A program made the translations under genes and the position numbers. DNA of 64,000 nucleotides. It comes from the human T2T-CHM13v2.0 reference genome, Homo sapiens. Positions within the stretch are counted from its first letter, which is position 1. Each line of letters opens with the position of its first letter. Shown here in pieces: positions 1-11,160 of this stretch. The stretch covers positions 36,992,001-37,056,000 of the forward strand of contig CP068257.2 in the NCBI GenBank assembly GCA_009914755.4. Reading direction: 5' to 3'. The notes under the pieces were generated by a model that searched no databases, was not told the origin of the DNA, and saw only the letters and a program-made list of their open reading frames with translations.

Positions 1-1500
1 AAAAGATATACCTGATATAACATACCAAAAAAGAAGTTCAGCTATCAACAAAAAGAAAGCTGGAATAGCCACTTTACTATCAGGACAAGTTAGACTTTAG
101 GATAAAATTATTTATTAGGGATAAAGATGAGCAAAGCTTGGTAATAAGGAGCAATAATTCATCAAGAAGATATAAAACTCCAGAAGCTGTGGGCACCAAA
201 CAACACAGCCTCAAAATACATATGCAAAAATCAACAGAATTATAAACAGAAATAGAAAATCCTTCATTATAGAGAGAGGTTGTCGCTCTCACCTAAACAG
301 CTAGATTAAGTAGACAAGCAATTAGTACAATGATTCTCAGAGGATGCTTTGTGAGACTTCACCTGTTGCCTGACATTTAGTGGCCAGGACCTAAAGCTGA
401 GGGTTTGGAGGTGTCTGGGACCCCACATTCTGAATTGTCTGAAAGAAAAGTCAGACAATTTCTTTCACCCTCTATGCACCCCACATACAGGGGCACCAGA
501 ACCAGTGGGGTGGGAGCAAAGGGGTGGGTACAAACAATGGAACAGACCTCACCCTCCAGATTCCCACAGCCCATCCCCCATGTCTTGGGAGGCGGTTTAG
601 GGAGGAAGAAGGGTAGAATCACGTAAGATCTTCCATGGGTTTTAAAATTGCATATATTTATTGAAAGTATACAACAGGATGTTTTGAAATACTCATCTGG
701 ATATACATAGACACAGCACAATGATTACTACACAGTGATACTACAGTCAAACAGATTAACATACCCATCATCTCCCATTGTCAGTGTCTTTCTTGGGGAC
801 AAGGGGATGGTAAAAGAACCTACAATCCATGTAAGAGATTTTATTAGACCAGATCAGACTTTTAAGTGATTAAAGGAGACTGGAAAGCTCTTGAATCTAC
901 TCCAGACAGTAACAAGGGATGTAAAAGAGAGATCTGTCCAAACGTGGATGAAGGCAAAGGGGAAGAAAATTTGCTGAATGCACCACTTATACAAAGATCT
1001 GAAAACACAACAATCCAGCTAGATCTAGCAGGCATTAAGGGAACCTGAACCAAACTGAAAATACATACTATTTTCACGCCCATGTGGAAGATTTCTAAAA
1101 ACGACATAGTAAATCCCAAAGAAAGTATCCACAAATTTCAAAGAATGAAGATCCACACAACACGCTCCCTCACCACAATAACTCGACACTGGAAAAAAAC
1201 AAAGGTATCTCAAAAAAAAAGACTTAAACTTAAAAAAATAAAAACAATTATGAGGCAATCAAAGAAAATTATGAAAGAACTAAACCACCACAAAAATCAG
1301 TACGTGAACTCAATCTACTTGTATTCATATGGATAATCTCAACAACATAACCTTGAATGAAAAAACCACTTGCAAAAGGATATGTATAGAATAACACCAT
1401 ATGTGCAAAATTATAAACACATTTATAGAATACACATGTGTGCAGGTGCACATGCATATGTGTGAAATCTGTGCTGTATACAGGCAAAGAGAAAGCAGAG
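1..1500 (+). mobile_element. Degraded ancient L1 (L1M-type) ORF2-region fragment
   Basis: Bases 100-330 ('caataattcatcaagaagatataaaactccagaagctgtgggcaccaaacaacacagcctcaaaatacatatgcaaaaa...') align by eye to the 5' part of L1 ORF2 ('gatcaattcaacaagaagatataacaatcctaaatatatatgcacc...'). Downstream A-rich L1-like text continues with many substitutions. Boundaries are approximate. Confidence 0.4.
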
Positions 1501-2265
1501 TCACGTGAACAGGAAGAAAACACACCCATTTCTGGATACCAAATGGAAGAGGAAGAGACTGGGCAAGAAAAGGATCAAATGAATCATGCACTCTGTTTGT
1601 AAGCTGTGTTTCTTCAAAAAGACTCAGAAGACAATACAACCAAGCATTAGCGTGTGTTGAATTTGGTCAAAGGCGTTTTTCGTTTTATTATGACTGGACT
1701 TTTGTATATTTCAAATAAATAGAATTAAAGGAGAAAAGTTACTTAAATGCTCCAAGCCATTTTTAACACGGCTTCTGCTCCTCTGAGCACCTGGCTGGTG
1801 CCTTTAGAGTGGCGAGAGATGAGAGGCCACAAGGGAAGGATGGAGGGAGATTCAGGTTCACAGGTTCTTTGCAATTTAACATAGCAACGCTGCGATCACT
1901 ATTCAAACACACAGCAAGTAATGGATGGCACTTAATATGCACTTCGGTTTCTTCCACTGCCCTTGTGCAAAGTAAGGCTTCCCAGAAAACAATAAGAACT
2001 AAAATGTTTTCCTGAAACAATGCTAGATTCCTAAAAGCAATACCCAAGCTTGAGCCATAATGGGTTCAAGGGTGGTGGATGAAACACATCTTCAAGGTTA
2101 CTGTTAGTTCACTGCCATGCGGGCTTCTATGCAAACGGCAACATTCACCATCCAAGAAAGTAAAGAGCCCAGACTCAGTCTCCCTCTTCCACAGATCAAC
2201 TGGGCCCAAATCCATCCACTTCTCTGCATTCAGCTCTTTCATTAGTAAACCTGATACTAGTAGTC

Positions 2266-2306
2266 CACGTGCGCGCACGCGCGTGTGTGTGTGTGTGTGT
2301 GTGTGT
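2266..2306. repeat. Alternating purine-pyrimidine tract (CG/CA-rich start, then (GT)13)
   Basis: Direct read: 'cacgtgcgcgcacgcgcgtgtgtgtgtgtgtgtgtgtgtgt', about 41 bp of strictly alternating Pu/Py. Confidence 0.95.
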
Positions 2307-2879
2307 TTAGCAAGAGGGGCTTGAATTCCTCAAAGTCTCAATGAAAACTCAGTGTAGACTGAAGCAGGGGAGATTGAACTGCAATTGTACCAGTGCTTAA
2401 AGACAATGAATGTTTGATCTGAGCAATCATTCTGTGCTGTGGTGTGAGAAAGGAAACCTACGGAGTAATACCCCTCCTTCCTGTGACCACATGGGCTGGA
2501 CTGTGCATCTTGGCCACCTCTAATGCAATGCAACACCAACCCACGCTGTGTCTCTCTCTGTCCTTGGCGAGGTCCTACACACAATGCAAGGAACTGCTTC
2601 ACCGCACTGGCCAAGGACAACAAGAATAGGCTTGAGGGGAGATTGAAAAAGAGGAAGAAAGTGTTTCACACAGAGGAGAAAAGAAGTTTTAGATTAAAAG
2701 AGCCCTCATCACTTCCCATGTGCTCTCACCATAACTGCCTTGGAGGGAAGCAATCCCTGCTATCCACAAACCAGCAGGACTGGCAGAAGGTGGAACACAG
2801 AGGTAATCCCTTCCAGGGGCTCAGACCCAACACAAGGGCTTCACCCTTGGCTCACTTCTTCTCCTCGTGCCACGCATCC

Positions 2880-3620
2880 AAACCCTATGCAGAATAACAC
2901 GCATGCCCTCATCACCGCCCACCTCCCCACCTCCACTGCAACGTCCCTGGTCCAGGCCACTGTCACCCCTCAACTGGATTATTATGTTAGCTTCCCATGT
3001 TCCCTGCTTCAAACCTTGAAACTACTGTCCACAAGGCAACCAGCAAGATCTCCCGAAAACATCCATCAGATCACATCACTCCCGCTGCTCACAACCCGCC
3101 AATGCTGGGCTTCCCATCACACAGACCCACGGCCCTTAGGGAACCTGGCAGCACCCCTTCATCACGTGGCCCCTCTTTCTGTGACCTCATCTCCACTCCT
3201 CCCCTCTCTCCATCTGGCCGCCCTGACCTCCCTGCTGCTCCTCAAGCTCAGAAGGCAACTGGCAAGGCAACTGGCTGTTCCATGTGTCTGGAATGTTCTT
3301 CCCCAGATAGCTCCCGGCTCCCCCTTCGCCTCCCACAGGCCCTCACTCCAGTGTCAGTCTTTCCATGACTGTCACTCTATAAAATCCTAACCCCCAACAC
3401 TCTCCATTTGCTGCCTCTGCCTCATTTTTCTCTCCTTAGCATTTATTTCCACCACAGCAGGCCTTTGCTCATTTGTCTTATTGTCTGTCTGTCTCCTGCC
3501 TGAGGATGGGGACATTCATCTGTTTGGCTCCCCGCTGCATCCTCGGCACCCAGGACAGGGGTGGGCACGGAGTGGGCAGGCAATAGGTGTTTGTTAATGG
3601 AATTCTAAAAGTAAATGACA
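2880..3620 (+). repeat. Ancient MIR/MLT-like interspersed repeat remnant (Pro/Ser-rich pseudo-ORF)
   Basis: The 3' end 'ggcacggagtgggcaggcaataggtgtttgttaatggaat' resembles the canonical 'ggcacatagtaggtgctcaataaatgtttgttgaatgaat' tail shared by MIR/MLT-type elements. The CT-rich body gives the long 2740..3390 ORF with no coding character. Confidence 0.3.
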
Positions 3621-4383
3621 AAAGAGAAGGGAGGTGAAGGCAGATCTTTGTTTTCTGGTTTATAAACTTAGTGCTGGGCAGGAGGAAAAAAAGCGGGGGG
3701 TTCATGTGAAGCTCCTTTCCTGAGTCAACATGGTGATTTAAAATAAACTAAATTTAGTTGGAGACCTTTTAAATCATTTTTCTCAAGTCAGTTATATGTG
3801 CTCTAGCTCATAAATAGGAGGAAGAATGCGGGTGACATTCCCAAGACTGCAGCAAATGTCGGCCAAGTGAAAAACACACAGAATGTCCTGAAGATCCAGC
3901 GACGTCCTGAATGTGACGCGTTCCAGTTCACAAAAGAGGAGTCACAAAATGTTTACAAACCTTTACCATCCCATTGAAATGGACCTTCACATTTTCCTCA
4001 AAAATAGCTTTCTAAAACTGTTACTGGTTTACATTAATTTTACCTTTCTTCTTTTTTTCCCCTTTTTCTTTCTTATTTTAGAAATAAAGTAATAGGATTA
4101 GCTTTTTGATTAAAGCATATTAATAAAATTTTGACATTTTATTTGATTTCAAAACATGTTCCAGTTTCCATCATTATAGTGGGTCCTGTATGCCATGTTT
4201 ATGTTTTGAAAGGCTGAAATTATGTGTGATCAACAAATTTATTTTATATCAAGAGCATCTGTACATATTAAATCCTAAATGTGTCTTGAAAAATACCCCC
4301 TCACCTTTCTCTATCCTGCATTTTATCTGAAGCATTGTAAGTCTTCATGAAAAACAGAGGAAAAAATGAAACACAGTAACTAA

Positions 4384-4716
<333 letters not shown>

Positions 4717-6249
4717 CTTTCTTTGACATTTCTAAGCAGTAGATATTTGCAAACCATGTTAACGATCTGTAGATGTATATTACTAACAGGCGGGGCCCAT
4801 TGAAATCCTAACTCTTCTCCATTTGTTTGCTGATTCTTATCAGTTTAAATAAAATGTTCACTCTTAAACTACATTTTAAGCACCGCATAGGAAGAAGGTG
4901 TTCATCTGAGGAAGCAGTGAACGGACATCATAAACTTAGTCAAGACTGTTTAGTAAAATCACAAATAGACCAAGCAGTTTCACTGCTGTGAGTTTAAAAA
5001 AATAAATCACTGATCTTTAGTCAGACATAGTTTTCTGAACGAAAGTTAGCACACGCGGCCCCTTTCCAGTCTACAGTTGACATGTGTCTTCTAAGTGACT
5101 AGACTATGAAACCTCTAACACTCTCATCAGAGTTAATTCAGAGCTAGTCACTAAAGCACGCCCCCTGACCACATCGTAACTACTGTGAAAAGCAGTCCTT
5201 ATAGAAATCATGACGTTCTTTTCCTTTGTTTGCAGTAGGTTGTTCATCGTTTTCATGAGAACATAAGGGCCCTCTCCCAAATAGCTCAGTCCCCAAAATG
5301 CAGACATCAGCAAATGACAGCAGGTAACGCCTGCAGACTGGTGCTCGCCGCTCACTGTGAAGGCAAGCAGGCTTCTGCCTCAGTTTTTTCCCCCTTTCTC
5401 CTCTGATCCATTCCAATCAACACCACTGACAGTGGACAGACTGCTGTCCGGGTAAGAGTGAGGGGGACAGAGGGCCTGAAGTTGCTCCATTCGTCCTCAT
5501 CACGATGGGTAAAGAAGGGACTTCATGTCCATGTGCAGTTAGCTTCCAAAAGACAAGGAAATCTCCCACCTAGAAGGGGACCCCCCCAACACCAACCACA
5601 GGCTGGGCCCCCCCTCTTCAGCCGGCCCCTGCCCAGGTCCTGCTGACCAAGCCTCCTCAGGACACAAGGTCAGTTCAGGACTTCAGTGGCCTCATCCCTT
5701 GCATCCCACCTTCTGAGTTAAAGTCTTTCAGAAATACAGCACCATGGGCTTCTAGAGCTGCATGGAACCCTGGAGATCATCCCACTCCACTCGTTGAACA
5801 GTGGGGGAAGCCAAGGTTCAGCAAACGGGATTCTTCCCTCAGGCTTCATATGCAATGGAAGGGCACCAGCTAAAAGCTAAGCGCTTTGACTCAGAGCCAA
5901 AGACCAGGGACCTTTCTAGCACCTTCCTCCTACATATAACTTATATGTAGGAGAAACAGTTGTTTCCATGAGCCCATAGAAGAAATGTGATGTCAAAGTA
6001 TGGGAGAACGTTGGATAGCATTAATGTCTAGTCAATACACATTCTCCCCTTGTTCTTACAATGAATCCCAATGTTGTTCAGGGCCACAATATCTTCAGGT
6101 ACAAATTACATTCCCAGGCTTCCTTATAAGATGTGGCCATGAGAGGGAGTTGTGGCCTAGGAGATGTATGTAGACATCTACTCTGGGTTTCTGGGAAATC
6201 CTGCCCTGCTCTTCCTCTTAGGGACACCCTCCTACCTCTTCCATCCTTG

Positions 6250-6425
6250 GGACCACGCAGATGAAACCACCTGCAAAGTTGGCAGGCAGTGGCTAGAAGG
6301 CGACTGGGATGGATGAATGGCTTCCTTGAGCAGCCACCCTGGGACCATGCAGATGAAACTACCTGCAAAGGTGGCAGGCAGTGGCTAGAAGGGGACTGGG
6401 TTGGGGACGAACGGCTTCCTTGAGC
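6250..6425. repeat. Tandem duplication, two ~88-bp units about 90% identical
   Basis: 'gggaccacgcagatgaaaccacctgcaaagttggcaggcagtggctagaaggcgactgggatggatgaatggcttccttgagc' is followed directly by 'gggaccatgcagatgaaactacctgcaaaggtggcaggcagtggctagaaggggactgggttggggacgaacggcttccttgagc'. Confidence 0.85.
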
Positions 6426-7693
6426 CCTGGACTGGTCCATGATTGCTCAAGTCCAGGTCTCTCCTTAGGCAAGACAAACACACATGTGGGGAGGAAGGCC
6501 AATTTATCTGATCGGTGAGTTGGGAAGAAAAGACACAGCATGGTCAGCGTGGCCTCAGCAGGGAGTCCCTCCTTTGGGGAAATATCCTGTCCCAAGGCCA
6601 AGGTATTATTCTGGTTGGCCATTGGATGAGATTCCTGGGACAGGCTCTCCCTCTGGGGGAAGCCCAAGATTGTCCGGCTCTACTCAGCACAAATGTGTAA
6701 GTGTGTATCAGAGGTGAAGTATCAGAAGTCTTAGGTATTTAATTATTATTAAGGCAAAGATTACATCACTGCCTGAGATACCCAAATCCCATCCCAAGCA
6801 ATTTCCTAACAACTGATCTCATAATAATAACAATCTTATTATGAAAAGGCCAGTGCAAATTGATTCTTAGAGACACTATTATTCAGTACAACAAGAATCA
6901 GAAAGTCACCATAAAACCATGGATGTCCAGTTAATTCCTCACCTTACTAAAGCAAATAAACTGCCTTTAGAATTAAACTGGCAATACCAGTGCTGCCCTC
7001 AAAACTCACTGCTGCCTCACCAATAGATAAAATGTCACATGAGATGATATAAAATAAATGGGGAGATGCGGAATTACCTCACTGAATAAAATGGTTATCT
7101 GAACAAAATGTCATGTGAACTGACTTGTCATGGAGCCTAAAATTTCTTGAGTCCCATTCCCTTAGGTGAAGGTGGGAAGGCATCTCAAAAAATGCAAGCA
7201 TGGGGCTTTGAAAAAGTCTTCGAGTAAAGGAGGCAGTAAAGCAAAAAGGGTAGAATCATGAGCTTTCTTCAGTTCAGAGTTAGTTCTGGTTCTGGCTCTG
7301 ACATGTACTAGTTTTGTGACCTTTTTCTAATTAGTAGACACCATCTCAGAGGTAGCTATAAAGATTTTGAGATGAAGTCTGTAAAGCATCTAGTATGTAG
7401 AAGCATAGAATAAATGATAGCTGACAATTATTAGAGTGATTATTATTTAGAGTGTCTGGCAGTGGTGTGCTGACAAAAGGGTTTTTGAAAAATCATTTGT
7501 TTGGGGAGGAAGCCCTGGTTTGTACTGACTGCCAATTTCCATGGTGTGAACACTTCCATTACAGTCAACTTCAAGCTACCAATGGGATGTCACTGAATGC
7601 AGAGTTGAGAAGAGATGCATACAGTCAGCTCTCAGGAGCTGCCAAGAGTCAGCAACAGCTTCTCTCTGGTTCAGGCACTGTAGTCACACCTAT

Positions 7694-8072
7694 TGACATG
7701 GTTTGGTTCTGTGTCCCCACCCAAATCTCATCTCAATTTGTAATCCCCACGTGTCAAGGGAGGGACCTGTAAACCCCACGTGTCAAGAAAGGGAGGTGAT
7801 TAGATCATGGGGGCAGTTCCCCCATGCTGTTCTCATGATAGTAAGTTCTCATGAGATCAGATGATTTTATATGTTTGACAGTTCCTCCTTCACACACTCT
7901 CCTCTCTCCTGCCGCCTTGTGAAGAAGGTGCCTGCTTCCCCTTCCACCATGATTGTAAGTTTCCTGAGGCCTCCCCAGCCATGCATAGCTGTGAGTCAAT
8001 TAAACCTCTTTCCTTTATAAATTACACAGTCTTGGGTATTTCTTTATAGGAGCATGAGAATGGACTAATATA
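7694..8072 (+). mobile_element. Solitary MaLR LTR (MST/THE1 family)
   Basis: Begins 'tgacatggtttggttctgtgtccccacccaaatctcatctcaatttgtaatccccacgtgtcaagggagggacc'. Ends '...cctccccagccatgcatagctgtgagtcaattaaacctctttcctttataaattacacagtcttgggtatttctttataggagcatgagaatggactaata'. This is the canonical THE1/MST LTR architecture. Confidence 0.85.
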
Positions 8073-8359
8073 CCCGTCTTGATCATTGGGATTCCTCTGT
8101 GTACGGCAAAGCACCTAGTGAATGAATGATTTATGAATGATGGGTTATTATTAACACACAAAGCTATTTTTGTCTCAATAATTTTGCATACCTTTGAACT
8201 GAGACTCAGAAAAAAATGTTTTCATGAATAAGAATAGATAAGAGGGACATTAGAGCATGGACTGTTGCTTATACTTGACCATGAACACCGAGACAGTGCC
8301 TTCCCAACACCTAGCACTATTCCAGGTATAAGATATATGGCCTGTAAATGACTTCTGGT

Positions 8360-8411
8360 TTGGACTGGACTGGACTGAACTGGACTGGACTGGATTGGAT
8401 TGGATTGGACA
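8360..8411. repeat. Pentanucleotide repeat (TGGAC/TGGAT)n, about 10 units
   Basis: Direct read: 'tggactggactggactgaactggactggactggattggattggattggac'. Confidence 0.9.
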
Positions 8412-10539
8412 AGGATGCAGAAAGAAACTGACCATAAGTCTGCTCAGAAAACATTCAACCTCTAAGAGGGAGGGAAGTCTACCCTCCCCCACCTCATTTT
8501 TATCCTAAGCACTGCCTGGAGGAAATGCCCTCCAAGTCCCATGGTGGAAACCATCTAAGATGCCCCTTCGTCCATGGGGCTTGCTCTTTATTTTAAATAC
8601 AGTTCAGTTTTGATTGCTGAAATTTTCTTGGAGCCAAGGGATTCCAACAATGCTACTACTCAGAACATCAAGAAATTCCCTGGAGATTCCCAAAGTAAAT
8701 AATGTGATATAACTCTTACCTACAATTAATCTATGCATGAAAATATATTGAGGGATATGACATCTTCTAAAATTACCTGCCTGAATTTCTAGCAGAGAGA
8801 CCTAGGGAGTTACATCATATGCTGCCTCTCCAAACCCAACCTCTGAATGACCTCCACGAAGGGATAACATAATAATGCGGCTGTGTCTTGGTAAATGTCA
8901 TTTATTCCCTCATGAATTTTGACAGAGATGACATCAAGTTTTTTCCAATTCTAAGATTTGATGGCACCATAAATATGACTTCAATTTTTAACAATTTAAT
9001 GAAAAAATCCTTCTGGAAAGAGCTGCTCATGGGGAAACACACCTCAGGCATGAGGCACATTTTCTTTTCCAGCCCTTCCTCCAACCATAACAGATCCAAA
9101 ATGGACTTCCAGGAGGATCCTGAAATGAGCCCATGTGTTCAGCCTCTCCCTTAACCACATGGAAAGGGCAGGCGGATGACCTGCCCAAGGTTGGGAATTC
9201 TTCACACACTAAAGTCCATCACTGACATTTAGGAGAACATTTTGTTTAATAAATGCAAAATGTTCTTTAAAATTATATCCATGCTTTCATTGTCAAGGGT
9301 CTTAATGGATGTGTTTAAAGCATAAATAAATATAGTAGGCATTCTGCTTGCTTAACCTTTCTTCCTCACCCCTTCATCTCTTCATATAACATTCACTGAA
9401 CATAAAACAGGACAAGTCCTGAACTCATTTCTATTCCAAGTACTAACTCAAGTCACTGGAAAGGTTTCTATTTCATTTAGATGGTACAGAGATGTCCTGC
9501 TGTTTCTGTACCATCCCCATCCCATTGTTGATATTTGATATGTCATGTTCATATCTGTTGTCTTTGTTTCCCAAAGGGTTTGTTTAGAGTCCACTGCTGA
9601 AGAAGAACTAAATGGAATCTGTCTCTGGGCAGGAAGGTAGGGAAGGCCTTTGTTTTCCCCCACAGTGGCACCGACCCAGACAACAGATGACAGAAGGAAG
9701 AGACCACAGGCAGGACAAGGCCAGCCTGGAGCAGCACCTGGCAGGACGAGGCTTAAAAGAATGAATAAGGGGTAGGCCCAAGCCCACACGTGTCATGGAG
9801 TACCATTTACAACTTTGCCCACTTGACAATGGGAATGGGGAGAGCAGAGCCTTCCAGACCATCAACAGTAGGATCAGAAAGTAGAAGAGTCTGGAAAAGC
9901 AAGACTAAGCCAGAATAATCTGGAAGAATGCAGCCCCAGTGAGAAGTTGACAGCCAAGCAAGGAGCAAGACCATCCTGTTAAGAGGCACTGAGTGGTGAA
10001 AACAGCCTTGTCATGAAACAGGGCAGATGATCATCTCGGAACGAACAGGTGCATTCAGGAAAGATAAAAATGAAAACAGGAAGATCAGGATCATTAACCG
10101 GTAAAACAATGCATGCCCCTAAAATAACAACTGACAAGGATAAAGTGGCACAGAGTGAGAATCACAAAGTAACGTGGAGCAGATTGACTCTAATAGACCT
10201 TTTCTGGCCCCAAAAGCAAAAGGTTTGGTTGGTGACATCTTAAGACACCTTAACTATAAGGTCCCTAAGTGGACAAGAGCAGGCAAGCTCTCTCATTTGG
10301 CGGGGAGGTTGGGGGGGAACAACTTTAAAACAGAACTTAACAAAATGGCTAATACTAACTCCTTGAGAATAGGATTCTTCTAGAGAAAGGCAATGGTTTG
10401 TAGGTAATGTAGCCATTCTGTCAATAGCATCAGCAACAGCACTGCCTCCTTTACAACACAGACCTCTCAGCATCACCCTCTGTGGGGCAGGAGACAGAGT
10501 GAGCAGAGGTTAGTCACATCCATGTGGGTTCTAGCTCCC

Positions 10540-10720
10540 CTCTACCACTCACTAGCAGTGTGACATTGCTCAAGTGACAACTTTGTGCCTCTGTTTCATC
10601 AACTATCAAATGAGAATAAAATTAGACTTACCCACCAGGGTTGCTAGGAAAACTAAGCGTTAAAGGGCAGAACCCAATCCTGAAAATTTAGCAAGTACTC
10701 AATAAGTCAAAGTTAGTCCC
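10540..10720 (+). mobile_element. MIR SINE fragment
   Basis: 'cactagcagtgtgacattgctcaagtgacaactttgtgcctctgtttcatcaactatcaaatgagaataaaattagacttacccaccagggttgctagg' matches the MIR core ('tgtgaccttgggcaagtcacttaacctctctgagcctcagtttcctcatctgtaaaatggggataataa...'). Confidence 0.5.
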
Positions 10721-11083
10721 TGGATAAGGACCTGAAACATGAAGTAGATGCAATTCAACCAGGGTCATGCAAAGCCGGGTTCAGTGGGAAGACCACTGAG
10801 TCTGTCAGACACCTCACATTAAGCCAACAGTCATTGTGACCTACCACCATCCACTTCCCTGACTTCTCCAAGATGGTGTCAATGACACACTCTACCTGTA
10901 GACCGACTTCCTTCCCCATGCTCCAGCCAGTCCAGATACTAAGCTGAATGTACTTCAGAGCTTCAGCTTCATAAGTCAATGGAGTCTAGAATTACAGCCC
11001 ACACACCTGGTATCCAGAGAGCCAGAGAAGAGCCTTGGGCACATATTTCTCCAAGACATGGGATGTGTTTCTCTGAGACATTT

Positions 11084-11160
11084 CCTCATCCTCCTCCTCT
11101 CTATTCCTCTTGCTCCCTCCCCTCATCCTCCTCCTCTCTATTCCTCTTACTCCCTCCCCT
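11084..11160. repeat. CT-rich tandem duplication, two ~38-bp units
   Basis: 'ctcatcctcctcctctctattcctcttgctccctcccct' is followed directly by 'ctcatcctcctcctctctattcctcttactccctcccct'. Confidence 0.85.

Noticed and set aside
2740-3390. 216-aa Pro/Ser/Thr/Leu-rich ORF
   Set aside because: It lies in CT-rich sequence that ends in a MIR/MLT-like repeat tail. The composition is low-complexity and there are no splice signals. It is a repeat-derived artefact.
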